A stretch of DNA of 64,000 nt, from IMG/VR virus record IMGVR_UViG_3300032236_001180, positions 32,001 to 96,000 of that record, one strand, 5' to 3'. Every line of letters starts with the position of its first letter. The first letter of the stretch is position 1. Made by a program: the position numbers and the translations under genes. This document shows, in pieces, positions 1 to 8,423 of this stretch. The notes below the pieces were generated by a model, which saw nothing but the letters and a program-made list of their open reading frames with translations, did not search any database and was not told the origin of the DNA. Origin of the DNA: a virus.

Positions 1-1
1 A

Positions 2-361
2 TTTCAGCACGAATTGGTTGAGTTCTATTTGAAAGATGATAGTAAGAATGACCCACTTCTTACACCAGATCGTATGAATATGATGGGTTATGATAATGTA
101 CTATTTCACGGCAGAGCATTTCAAATCAATACGGTATTGAAAGAAGTATTCAATAGTATCGATATTGAATTAGTTGATTTTAAGTTGGAGTTTGGTTTGC
201 ATAATCGCAGTATCATACTTGCAGACGAAATCAGTCCTGATGGATGTAGACTTTGGAAGAAAGGAAGTATGGAAAGTATGGATAAGGATTTGTATCGTAA
301 GAATACTGGAAATATCCTAGAAGCATATCAAGAGATACTTACAAAACTCAAAGCACTATGA
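2..361 (+). CDS. purC: SAICAR synthase, 5'-truncated by window edge
   Basis: Motifs EFYLKDD..NDP, LVDFKLEFG, ILADEISPDGCRLW and DKDLYR are typical of the PurC C-terminal half; frame is open from position 2. Confidence 0.93.
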   Translation, partial: FQHELVEFYLKDDSKNDPLLTPDRMNMMGYDNVLFHGRAFQINTVLKEVFNSIDIELVDFKLEFGLHNRSIILADEISPDGCRLWKKGSMESMDKDLYRKNTGNILEAYQEILTKLKAL

Positions 362-489
362 TTTCGTCAGAGACTCCATACAAACTCGCAGAAATTATCC
401 GAGATACGTGGTATAATCTTTATACACCAACCAAGTACAATCAAATTCATAAAAAACTTAAATTGAAAGAGAAACCAAAAAATGAATGA
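358..489 (+). CDS. small hypothetical protein (43 aa, MISSETPYKLAEIIRDTW...)
   Basis: Hand-translated; ATG overlaps the purC stop (ATGA) and fills the gap to the next gene. Confidence 0.55.
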   Translation: MISSETPYKLAEIIRDTWYNLYTPTKYNQIHKKLKLKEKPKNE

Positions 490-754
490 ATATTGGTCCG
501 TAATTGAAAGTAAAACAGGAAGAGTAATCTGCCACTGTTCGGATATTAATGATGCTTTTATGATGGTTGAGTTTTCTCCACAAACTAGAACTTACAGTAG
601 AAATAGATTTATTATGGATCAGGTGATTGATGTGACTTCTACGACTGACAAACAACTTCCAGGTCAAATTGGATTACCTGCTGTGAAAGTGAATGTGTTA
701 GAGAATCATAAGATTCGTCTTCCAGAAGGTCAACAAAAACCTTTTAAACCTTAA
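482..754 (+). CDS. hypothetical phage protein
   Basis: 90-aa ORF in tightly packed + strand run. Confidence 0.65.
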   Translation: MNEYWSVIESKTGRVICHCSDINDAFMMVEFSPQTRTYSRNRFIMDQVIDVTSTTDKQLPGQIGLPAVKVNVLENHKIRLPEGQQKPFKP

Positions 755-780
755 ATAGATAAGGAGTAAAGAAAATCAAA

Positions 781-1485
781 ATGACTTACGACACAGTATT
801 CATTTCCGATGTTCATTTGGGCACCGATAGATGTAATACGCAGAAGTTTCTAAAATTTCTAAAAGAACTTAATACCAAAAAACTTGTAATGGTTGGTGAT
901 ATTCTAGACATTCATTGTATGGAAAAGTATCATACAAGATGGAAGAAAGAACATACAGAATGTATTCACGCAATTTTGAACTTGTGCAAAAAAGGCACAG
1001 AAGTAATTTATATTCTTGGTAATCACGAAGGAATGTTGAGAAGATATTGTAATTTTGAGCACAAGAATCTTCTGATTTGTGATGAATATATTCATAAAGA
1101 TTCTAAGGGAAATGAGTTTTTATGTGTTCACGGAGATAAGTATTCTGAATATTCTTCTGGTTCTTGGAAACAACTTATCTTCAATTGGGGATATGAGTTT
1201 GTCACACCTTTGAGTATTTGGTTAAATAGATTTTTTAGATTTTCTTTGGTTCATTACTTAAAAAATACTGTAAGAGGTAAAGAATATCTAAATCGTTATG
1301 AAACTGATATTACGGTTTTCTGTGCCCAAAGAAGTGAAAACTATGCTGGAATTATTTGTGGACATATTCATCACGCAAATATTCGTCAGTTTGGTAAAAT
1401 AACTTATATGTGCTGTGGAGACTGGTGTGATTCCTGTTCTGCGATTGTGGAGAAGAATGGAGTTTATTGTTTAGAAAAATATTGA
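781..1485 (+). CDS. calcineurin-like metallophosphoesterase, LpxH/YbbF/PlcP-like
   Basis: Motifs FISDVHLG, VGDILD, GNHE, HGD, CGHIH, GDW; preceded by TAAATA and AAGGAG. Confidence 0.88.
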   Translation: MTYDTVFISDVHLGTDRCNTQKFLKFLKELNTKKLVMVGDILDIHCMEKYHTRWKKEHTECIHAILNLCKKGTEVIYILGNHEGMLRRYCNFEHKNLLICDEYIHKDSKGNEFLCVHGDKYSEYSSGSWKQLIFNWGYEFVTPLSIWLNRFFRFSLVHYLKNTVRGKEYLNRYETDITVFCAQRSENYAGIICGHIHHANIRQFGKITYMCCGDWCDSCSAIVEKNGVYCLEKY

Positions 1486-1486
1486 G

Positions 1487-1726
1487 ATGGATTTCATTAA
1501 TTATCTTCATTGTGTTTCTAATTGTAAATTTAAAACACTTAGAGCAGGTCAGCAATTTGTAATGGAGTTATTTCCAATCAGACCTGACCTTTATTATAAA
1601 GTCACTGGAAGTTCCTTGGATCCATTTTATGATGATAATAGACTGGCAGAATGTTTGATATTTCTAATGGATAATTGGGAACCAATTGATTATAGTTATT
1701 TCAATCAAACACCAACGACTTATTAG
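1487..1726 (+). CDS. hypothetical protein
   Basis: 79-aa ORF starting 1 nt after the previous stop. Confidence 0.6.
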   Translation: MDFINYLHCVSNCKFKTLRAGQQFVMELFPIRPDLYYKVTGSSLDPFYDDNRLAECLIFLMDNWEPIDYSYFNQTPTTY

Positions 1727-1732
1727 AGGAAA

Positions 1733-1906
1733 ATGTATACACCTGAGGGTTACTTATCAGATCCCCCAGATGCAAGATGTCCATATTGCGGGGAATCTCA
1801 AAAAATTTGTTCTTATATAGATAGTCTCAATAGATCCTGGGGAAGAGATGCCTGCAAAAAGAAACATCATAGAAAACATTACACACTTTATGAAACGAGA
1901 TTCTGA
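1733..1906 (+). CDS. small hypothetical protein with CPYC motif (57 aa)
   Basis: Hand-translated MYTPEGYLSDPPDARCPYCGESQKICSY...; GAGGA upstream. Confidence 0.55.
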   Translation: MYTPEGYLSDPPDARCPYCGESQKICSYIDSLNRSWGRDACKKKHHRKHYTLYETRF

Positions 1907-2000
1907 CATCACTTATAAGGATGAGTTTCATTACATATACATAACATTAAAAGAAACAGTTAAAATAGTAGCACAAAGATATGGCAGTTCATTACAATAA
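1890..2000 (+). CDS. possible 36-aa hypothetical protein
   Basis: Hand-translated MKRDSDITYKDEFHYIYITLKETVK...; fills the gap and overlaps both neighbours. Confidence 0.3.
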   Translation: MKRDSDITYKDEFHYIYITLKETVKIVAQRYGSSLQ

Positions 2001-2661
2001 TAGAATAGTCACAGATGGATTGGTATTAGCACTAGATGCTGGAAATACCAAGAGTTATCCTGGAAGTGGATCTACTTGGACTGATTTGAGTGGTAATAGT
2101 AATAATTTAACTTTAACTAATTCTCCAACTTGGAATAGTTCCGGATATTTTTCTACTGGGGCAACTGGATATTTTACTGGTTCTGGAAGTGCATCAATAC
2201 CCACGGGAAATTCTACTTATACTATGATTTGTTGGGCAAGAGTGACTGGATCTTGGGCAATTGGTAGAGGTATTATGTCAATTGGTGGATATGGAACAAA
2301 TAATCAATCAAATGCACTAAGAACGGGAGATACTGGTTCAGTTGGAAATTTTAAAAATTATTGGTGGAATAATGATTTAGATTCTACCAATAATAATGCA
2401 GGATTATCAGTAGGAACTTGGTTTATGGTAACGGCACAATTTGATGGGACAACTAGAAGATTATGGGCAAATACTACTAATGTTGCCAGTGATACTCCAA
2501 CTTCACATAATGTTCTTACAACTACCGTTCAAGTTGGAATGACATATTCAGGAGAATATTTTCAAGGAGATATTTCTAATGCTTCAATATACAATAGAGC
2601 ACTCTCCGCAACAGAAATCTCACAAAACTTTAATGCCCTTCGTGGTCGTTATGGAATATAA
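1981..2661 (+). CDS. LamG/concanavalin A-like domain protein (paralogue 1)
   Basis: DGLVLALDAGNTKSYPGSG N-terminus; W-M-T-FDG; FQGDI..IYNRALSATEISQNFNA C-terminus. Confidence 0.85.
   Translation: MAVHYNNRIVTDGLVLALDAGNTKSYPGSGSTWTDLSGNSNNLTLTNSPTWNSSGYFSTGATGYFTGSGSASIPTGNSTYTMICWARVTGSWAIGRGIMSIGGYGTNNQSNALRTGDTGSVGNFKNYWWNNDLDSTNNNAGLSVGTWFMVTAQFDGTTRRLWANTTNVASDTPTSHNVLTTTVQVGMTYSGEYFQGDISNASIYNRALSATEISQNFNALRGRYGI
2033..2097 (+). repeat. 65-bp direct repeat, copy 1 (identical to 2728-2792)
   Basis: TAGATGCTGGAAATACCAAGAGTTATCCTGGAAGTGGATCTACTTGGACTGATTTGAGTGGTAAT read in both places. Confidence 0.9.
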
Positions 2662-2664
2662 ATA
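2657..2664 (+). promoter_or_regulatory. T4-type late promoter TATAAATA
   Basis: Exact gp55 consensus 14 nt before the next ATG. Confidence 0.65.
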
Positions 2665-2678
2665 TCTAAAAAACAATA

Positions 2679-3395
2679 ATGTTAGCACATAGTCCGTCCA
2701 TAGTCACACAAAATTTAATTTTTTGTGTAGATGCTGGAAATACCAAGAGTTATCCTGGAAGTGGATCTACTTGGACTGATTTGAGTGGTAATGGTAATAC
2801 GGGAACACTCACAAATGGACCTACTTATAGTAGTGCAAATGGTGGGTCTTTTGTTTTTAATGGAAGTACTCAATATTCATCTTCCAGTGCTTTATCTGGA
2901 TCATTTGCTTTATTTACAGTTATTATTTGGTTTTATCCAACATCAATTGCCAATTACCAAAATCCTATTGATTGTAATTATGGTGCTTATTCATCAGGAA
3001 ATATTGGTCCAAGATTAGAAATCAATAGTTCTGGGAATTTGGCATGGAATTATTCTAATGATACAGCAGTTAATGGTAATTTTTATTCCCACAATGTTGT
3101 ATCCAGTGGATTGTCTGCAAATACTTGGTATTGTGCTGGTATAACTTATGATGGATCTACATCTACAACATATTTGAATGGCAGTTCTACTGGATTGAGT
3201 AGAACTGCTTATGGAACTCCTACTGGATTTGTTGGTGTTATGAATAATGTTACAATTGGAAAAGGTTTTAGTTTAGGTGGAGCAGAAAAAATTTTTGCAG
3301 GAAGAGTTGCAAATGTTCAAATATACAACAGAGCACTCACAGCAGCAGAAGTCGCACAAAACTTTAATGCACTCAGGGGGAGGTACGGAATCTAA
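2679..3395 (+). CDS. LamG/concanavalin A-like domain protein (paralogue 2)
   Basis: Same conserved N- and C-terminal motifs as paralogue 1. Confidence 0.85.
   Translation: MLAHSPSIVTQNLIFCVDAGNTKSYPGSGSTWTDLSGNGNTGTLTNGPTYSSANGGSFVFNGSTQYSSSSALSGSFALFTVIIWFYPTSIANYQNPIDCNYGAYSSGNIGPRLEINSSGNLAWNYSNDTAVNGNFYSHNVVSSGLSANTWYCAGITYDGSTSTTYLNGSSTGLSRTAYGTPTGFVGVMNNVTIGKGFSLGGAEKIFAGRVANVQIYNRALTAAEVAQNFNALRGRYGI
2728..2792 (+). repeat. 65-bp direct repeat, copy 2
   Basis: Identical to 2033-2097. Confidence 0.9.
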
Positions 3396-4606
3396 TGGGA
3401 GTCTTTGCAGGTCCAGAAGTACCAGAAAGTGGATTAGTTCTAGCAATTGATGCTGGAAATACTAAGAGTTATGATAAGTATGAAAATTTATATACTTCTA
3501 GTGAAGTTTTTAGTGGATATTGGAGTACTGATGGAGTTACCGCATTAACTACAAATCAAGGAACATCTCCTAATAATGATAATACTGCCAATAAGATGGT
3601 GGGACCATACATTTATCGTTATTTTACATCTAGTGGAAGTCCTGTTGCAAGTGGAACTACTGTAACTGCATCTGTTTTTGTTAAAAATAATGGTGCTAAT
3701 ACATTTAATTTTGTTATCTATTGTTTATCTGCTAGTGCTTTTTCTTCTTCGGTCAATTTAACAACGGGAACAATATCTGGTACTGGAGCAAGTATTCAAG
3801 CATATCCAAATGGATGGTATAGAGTAAGTTTAACTTCTACTATTAATTCTGCAAGTTGTTATCTTGCAATAGAAGGATTGGGTGGAAGTGGATCATCACA
3901 ATCACTTTATATTTGGGGTGCTCAAGTAGAAAGATCGAGTACAGTTAGTGATTATTATTCAACAACAGCAAGTACAAAAACTAGAGGAACCACTTGTACT
4001 GATTTAAGTGGATATGTAAATACCGGAACATTTACAAATACTCCTACTTATGATAGTGGAAATGGAAGTTCTTTTGTTTTTAACGGAACAAGTAGTTATA
4101 TTTCAGTATCAAACTCAACATCAGTAAATCCTGGAACTGGTTCATTCAGTATTGTTGCCTGGGTAAATTCAGATCCAAGTAATGGTGGTGATGGTTGGGA
4201 TTTATGGGTTGCAAAACGTGCTCCTGCTAATGGATCTAATGGATATTATCTGGGAGTTAATAATCCTGCTGGTGCTAAATTTATGTTAGGTAATGATGCC
4301 AATGCCAGAACAGATACTGGATATTTGACTTATACTTATAATACTTGGGCAATGTTCACTGCAATTTTAGATAGAACTGCAAATACTCAAACCATCATTA
4401 AAAATAATAATACAGAATCTTCTTCGGTAACTCCTAGTGGTGGCAATTATTCAAATACAGGAGCACTAAGTATTGGTGGAGATATTGGAATCGGTGCCTA
4501 TTATGTAAATGGCAAAATTGCAAATGTTCAGATGTATAACCGAGCACTTTCAACATCAGAAGTTTCTCAAATATTTAATGCATCCAGAGGAAGATTTGGA
4601 ATCTAA
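3395..4606 (+). CDS. LamG-like domain protein (paralogue 3) with an inserted beta-sandwich domain
   Basis: DAGNTKSY, then an insert of about 170 aa containing YPNGWYRVS and IWGAQVE, then GTTCTDLSG; C-terminal YNRALSTSEVSQIFNA. Confidence 0.82.
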   Translation: MGVFAGPEVPESGLVLAIDAGNTKSYDKYENLYTSSEVFSGYWSTDGVTALTTNQGTSPNNDNTANKMVGPYIYRYFTSSGSPVASGTTVTASVFVKNNGANTFNFVIYCLSASAFSSSVNLTTGTISGTGASIQAYPNGWYRVSLTSTINSASCYLAIEGLGGSGSSQSLYIWGAQVERSSTVSDYYSTTASTKTRGTTCTDLSGYVNTGTFTNTPTYDSGNGSSFVFNGTSSYISVSNSTSVNPGTGSFSIVAWVNSDPSNGGDGWDLWVAKRAPANGSNGYYLGVNNPAGAKFMLGNDANARTDTGYLTYTYNTWAMFTAILDRTANTQTIIKNNNTESSSVTPSGGNYSNTGALSIGGDIGIGAYYVNGKIANVQMYNRALSTSEVSQIFNASRGRFGI

Positions 4607-4629
4607 ATACTCATAAGTCGCAAGCACTT

Positions 4630-5001
4630 ATGGTTCCCTTACATTCGCCTAAGGACTATTTGTTTAATCTTCATACATCATCTAAAAGTGAAGCAAAACG
4701 ATTATGGAGACAGAATATAAAAGATGCCTGGAATCACAAATGTGCTTATTGCGAATCCGAAGAAAACATCACACTAGATCACGTTATACCTCAATGTAAG
4801 GGTGGTCTAGATATCAAAACAAATGTAGTTGCCTGTTGTCATTCTTGTAATCAATCCAAAGGTCATATTCCTTGGGAAGAATGGTATTATAATCAGTGCT
4901 TTTTTTCTATTGAGAATTATGAAAAGATTGAAGAATGGATGAAACCAGAAGCACCTATTAATATTTTTGCTTATAAACCAAGAAAAAATATCAACTACTA
5001 A
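4630..5001 (+). CDS. HNH endonuclease
   Basis: CAYC...TLDHVIPQCKGG...NVVACCHSCNQSKG; CTAAATA at 4603-4609. Confidence 0.9.
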   Translation: MVPLHSPKDYLFNLHTSSKSEAKRLWRQNIKDAWNHKCAYCESEENITLDHVIPQCKGGLDIKTNVVACCHSCNQSKGHIPWEEWYYNQCFFSIENYEKIEEWMKPEAPINIFAYKPRKNINY

Positions 5002-5024
5002 ATAACAAGTATGAAAAACACGAA

Positions 5025-5375
5025 ATGCAAATAGAAACATTGGGAGTGCATTATATTTTGGATTTATGTTCTTGTAATGTAACTCTATTGAATGATACTA
5101 CTCACATTATGAGTTCGCTAAAAGAAGCGATATCAAAATCAAATGCTACATTACTTGAAGAACTTAAATACGAATTTACTCCCCAAGGAGTAACAGCAAT
5201 TTGTTTATTGTCAGAAAGTCATATCTCGATTCATACTTGGCCAGAAAAACAATATGCGGCAGTAGATATTTTCACTTGTGGCGATCATACGCAACCAGCA
5301 AAAGCTTGCGAATATATGATAGATGCGCTACAATCTAAGAAGCCAAATATGACTATTGTAAGTAGAGGCATATGA
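5025..5375 (+). CDS. speD: S-adenosylmethionine decarboxylase proenzyme (class 1b)
   Basis: G.HYILDL, FTPQGVT, LLSESHISIHTWPE (autocleavage ES), AAVDIFTCG. Confidence 0.92.
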   Translation: MQIETLGVHYILDLCSCNVTLLNDTTHIMSSLKEAISKSNATLLEELKYEFTPQGVTAICLLSESHISIHTWPEKQYAAVDIFTCGDHTQPAKACEYMIDALQSKKPNMTIVSRGI

Positions 5376-5391
5376 TTTCTGGCAGTATTAG

Positions 5392-5412
5392 CCCCCTAGA
5401 ATTTCTAGGGGG
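5392..5412. other. GC-rich near-perfect palindrome/stem-loop CCCCCTAGA-ATT-TCTAGGGGG
   Basis: Intergenic inverted repeat after speD; the T-tract is displaced about 8 nt, so a terminator role is uncertain. Confidence 0.6.
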
Positions 5413-5463
5413 AACTATAATTTCTTTTTTAATTCTTTTTTTACCATTATTTTTAGTATTACT

Positions 5464-5712
5464 ATGAGTTTTACAGTTTATTCCAAGCACGGATGCCCAT
5501 ATTGCGATAAAGTTAAAACAGTTTTAAGTCACGTTTCTGCTACAAGAGGAATACCAGTTGTTTATTACGACTTGGGTACTAATTTTACCAGAGAAGAATT
5601 TTATGCTGAATTTGGAGAGGGATCTACTTTTCCCCAAGTCATTTATGAAAATGCTCACTTGGGTGGATGCTCCGATACAGTTAAATTCTTACAAGAACAA
5701 AATATGCTTTGA
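5464..5712 (+). CDS. nrdC: glutaredoxin (NrdC-like)
   Basis: VYSKHGCPYC, TFPQV, LGG. Confidence 0.88.
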   Translation: MSFTVYSKHGCPYCDKVKTVLSHVSATRGIPVVYYDLGTNFTREEFYAEFGEGSTFPQVIYENAHLGGCSDTVKFLQEQNML

Positions 5713-5897
5713 TGGATTCTATAAATAAGTTTGAAAGACACGGTATAAATCGTGGCGTTGAATTAATGCTTCGTCGGAGGGGAAAACGCATTCCAGAAGA
5801 ACTTAAAGAAAGAAAGTTTATTTTTGGTAGAGTTTTTTCCTTTCTGAAAAGGGAAATACGATTTAATTTTGAACTTTCTATAATTAAAAAAACGTAA
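5712..5897 (+). CDS. hypothetical basic protein
   Basis: ORF track; start uncertain because TATAAATA at 5720-5727 suggests a downstream start. Confidence 0.55.
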   Translation: MDSINKFERHGINRGVELMLRRRGKRIPEELKERKFIFGRVFSFLKREIRFNFELSIIKKT

Positions 5898-5914
5898 ATT
5901 TCCGGAGTAATAAA

Positions 5915-6187
5915 ATGACCGCACCAGAACTCACACTTTTTTGTTTAGTTAGTTTTTTATTTTTATGCGTCGGTGTAGTTGGTGGTTGGGGATTAAAGTC
6001 TTATCTAGATAATATGCTTCCTTCTAGAATGGGAGTTCTCCATCAAGAATTCTTTGATGAAAACGGTAATGTGATTGCCGATGAAGTAGTTTCTCTTCGC
6101 TTGGAATCTGGATTTATTGAAGATTTTCAAGAAGAATACGGAAGTCTTTTTGATGAAGAAGACGAAGACGACGATGATGAAGATTGA
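5915..6187 (+). CDS. hypothetical membrane protein with acidic tail
   Basis: N-terminal hydrophobic helix; EFFDENGNVI; D/E-rich C-terminus; GGAG RBS. Confidence 0.7.
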   Translation: MTAPELTLFCLVSFLFLCVGVVGGWGLKSYLDNMLPSRMGVLHQEFFDENGNVIADEVVSLRLESGFIEDFQEEYGSLFDEEDEDDDDED

Positions 6188-6231
6188 TAGATAGATAGTA
6201 TTATAAATTATTATTGATTTTTTAAACAAAT

Positions 6232-6813
6232 ATGACTGTAACATCTGCAACGAAAAAGGTAACAACTTCAAGAGTAAAAGAAGTGAGTTTGGATCTTCCT
6301 CCAAATCCACTTGTATTTGAAGTTTTGAATCTTGTATCTAAACAAAAGACAAATGCAAAGAAAGTAGAAGTTCTTAAAAAATATGAAGATCCTTCTTTGA
6401 AAGCAATTTTCATTTGGAACTTTGATGAAAGTATCATTTCACTTCTACCCGAAGGTGAAGTTCCTTTCTTTGGTGATAATGTATTAAAAACATCTACAAT
6501 TACCGAAAGAATTGGTGATGCTGTATCTACAATGAAAGGTGGAAGTTCAAATTCTCTTGGAACAATTGATGAAAAGCATTCTACGATTCGTAGAGAATAT
6601 AAGAAATTTTATAATTTCATTAAGGGCGGAAATGATAGTTTGAATAGTATTCGTAGAGAAACTATTTTCATTAATCTTCTTGAAGGTGTTCATCCATTAG
6701 AAGCAGAAATTCTTTGCTTATGTAAGGACAAAAAACTTCAAACAAAATATAAAATCACAAAAGAAATTGTATCTGAGGCATATCCAGATATTCAATGGGG
6801 CGGAAGATCCTAA
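6232..6813 (+). CDS. conserved T4-like cyanophage hypothetical protein
   Basis: WNFDESIISLLPEGEVP...FYNFIKGGN...RRETIFINLLEGVHPLEAE, recognised family pattern. Confidence 0.75.
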   Translation: MTVTSATKKVTTSRVKEVSLDLPPNPLVFEVLNLVSKQKTNAKKVEVLKKYEDPSLKAIFIWNFDESIISLLPEGEVPFFGDNVLKTSTITERIGDAVSTMKGGSSNSLGTIDEKHSTIRREYKKFYNFIKGGNDSLNSIRRETIFINLLEGVHPLEAEILCLCKDKKLQTKYKITKEIVSEAYPDIQWGGRS

Positions 6814-6830
6814 TTATAACTAAAAATATT

Positions 6831-7082
6831 ATGAAAATCATTCATCAAAAATGTGAAAAATCTTTATCCAACAATAAAAGTCTTCCAATTAATTCTTACT
6901 TAGTGGGATACATTCTTGAAGATGTTAAATCCTATGATATTGTCCAAGCTTCTTCTCAAATAGAAGTATTTGATTATTATCACGATTTATCTAAAAATGT
7001 AATTTCAATTGAATGGACAAGTGGCAAAGTAAATCCAAAACTTTATGGATATACAAAACCAGAGGGAAAAAAGAAAAGATAA
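6831..7082 (+). CDS. hypothetical protein
   Basis: ORF track; ATG at 6831 preferred. Confidence 0.65.
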   Translation: MKIIHQKCEKSLSNNKSLPINSYLVGYILEDVKSYDIVQASSQIEVFDYYHDLSKNVISIEWTSGKVNPKLYGYTKPEGKKKR

Positions 7083-7085
7083 GTT

Positions 7086-7114
7086 AAGGGGGAATTGACG
7101 GTTCCTCCTTTTTT
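7086..7114 (+). terminator. rho-independent terminator
   Basis: AAGGGGGAA-loop-TTCCTCCTT followed by a T run just after a stop codon. Confidence 0.7.
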
Positions 7115-7123
7115 GTGTATAAT
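7095..7123 (+). promoter_or_regulatory. sigma70-type early promoter
   Basis: TTGACG-17 bp-TATAAT with TG upstream of the -10. Confidence 0.8.
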
Positions 7124-7145
7124 GGTAAATGTTAAATTCTAAAAT

Positions 7146-7292
7146 ATGAATAAAGAAAAAGTAAAACTTATTATTCGGAATATGGAATTACTTGTCGAAT
7201 CATTAAAAAATGAAATTTTAGATAAAGGGGAACCACAAAAATGTTCCCCAGACACAGATGATTACGATGAAGTTTTTGAGGATTTTGATTAA
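7146..7292 (+). CDS. small hypothetical protein (48 aa)
   Basis: Hand-translated MNKEKVKLIIRNMELLVESLK...DDYDEVFEDFD; directly after the promoter. Confidence 0.65.
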   Translation: MNKEKVKLIIRNMELLVESLKNEILDKGEPQKCSPDTDDYDEVFEDFD

Positions 7293-7453
7293 TGAGAGCA
7301 AAAGAATTAGTTAAGTTGATGGATAGATTAATTAAACAGGATCATTTGTATTCTCCTGAAAAATTAAAAGAAATGAAATCACAAGTTAGAATATTAAAAG
7401 AAGAAATTGCAAGAATAGAAGCACAAACATCAAAAGGATTTGGAAAGAAATGA
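7292..7453 (+). CDS. small hypothetical coiled-coil protein (53 aa)
   Basis: Hand-translated MRAKELVKLMDRLIKQDHLYS...SKGFGKK; TAATG and ATGA coupling on both sides. Confidence 0.65.
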   Translation: MRAKELVKLMDRLIKQDHLYSPEKLKEMKSQVRILKEEIARIEAQTSKGFGKK

Positions 7454-8139
7454 AACCAACTGTTAAACTTGTCTCAGCAACGCCAGATGCAGAAAAGCAC
7501 ATTGCTTATTGTGCTCGTGTATCAAATCCAAAAAATCAAGAGAATTCTAATTTTGAAGGACTTCTTAAATACTGCATTAAGAATCAACATTGGAGCATCT
7601 TTGAGCACGCATTTTTGACTGTTGAGATTAATACATCACTTGCAATTGCTACACAAATTCTTCGTCATAGAAGTTTTACTTTTCAGCAATTTAGTCAAAG
7701 ATATGCAGATAGCACAGAACTTCAACTAGAACTTCCAGTTCCTGATCTCAGAAGACAAGACACAAAGAATAGGCAGAACTCCACAGACGATCTTGGGGAT
7801 TATGTAAAACTTGGTCTTCAAGAAGAAATTCGTAAGCATTTTGATTATTCTTTGAAACTTTATAATAAGATGCTTGAAAAAGGTGTTGCGAAAGAATGTG
7901 CCCGTTTCGTGCTTCCACAGGCGACACAGACCCGTCTCTATATGTCCGGCAGTCTTCGTAGTTGGATGCACTACATCGACCTTAGAAGTGCTCACGGGAC
8001 CCAGAAAGAGCATATGGAGGTTGCCGAAGCAATCAGGTGCATCTTTACTTGCCAGTTCCCTACCATCTCTTCTGCTCTTGGATGGACCAGAGAAAACTGC
8101 CCAGAATGTGAAGATGCTCCCTCTATTACAATAGAATAA
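7450..8139 (+). CDS. thyX: FAD-dependent thymidylate synthase
   Basis: HWSIFEH, QILRHRSFTFQQFSQRY, KECARFVLP, GSLRSWMHYIDLR...TQKEH. Confidence 0.96.
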   Translation: MKPTVKLVSATPDAEKHIAYCARVSNPKNQENSNFEGLLKYCIKNQHWSIFEHAFLTVEINTSLAIATQILRHRSFTFQQFSQRYADSTELQLELPVPDLRRQDTKNRQNSTDDLGDYVKLGLQEEIRKHFDYSLKLYNKMLEKGVAKECARFVLPQATQTRLYMSGSLRSWMHYIDLRSAHGTQKEHMEVAEAIRCIFTCQFPTISSALGWTRENCPECEDAPSITIE

Positions 8140-8164
8140 ATATTTTTGTAAATAATTATAAATT

Positions 8165-8404
8165 ATGCCAACTTATTATAAAATTCATAAAGAAACAAAA
8201 GAGACTCAAAATTTCTTTATGTCAATTAGCGAGCACGATGAATGGACAAAAAATAATCCAGACTGGGAAACCGATTGGTCCAAAGGATGTCCTTCTACTG
8301 TAAGTCAAGTTGGAGATTTCCAGATGAAGACTGATGGTGGTTGGAATGAAGTTTTACATAAAGTAAGTAAAGTTCCCGGCAGCAATGTTCGTCCTCATAA
8401 GTAA
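8165..8404 (+). CDS. conserved hypothetical protein between thyX and phoH
   Basis: MPTY...GWNEVLHKVSKVPGSNV; ATAAATA at 8136-8142. Confidence 0.7.
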   Translation: MPTYYKIHKETKETQNFFMSISEHDEWTKNNPDWETDWSKGCPSTVSQVGDFQMKTDGGWNEVLHKVSKVPGSNVRPHK

Positions 8405-8423
8405 ATCTTAAACTAAAAATACA

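Noticed and set aside
1981-4606. Repeated lectin-like genes as a diversity-generating retroelement
   Set aside because: No reverse transcriptase in the window; the 65-bp repeat is identical rather than showing adenine-specific mismatches, and it is N-terminal.
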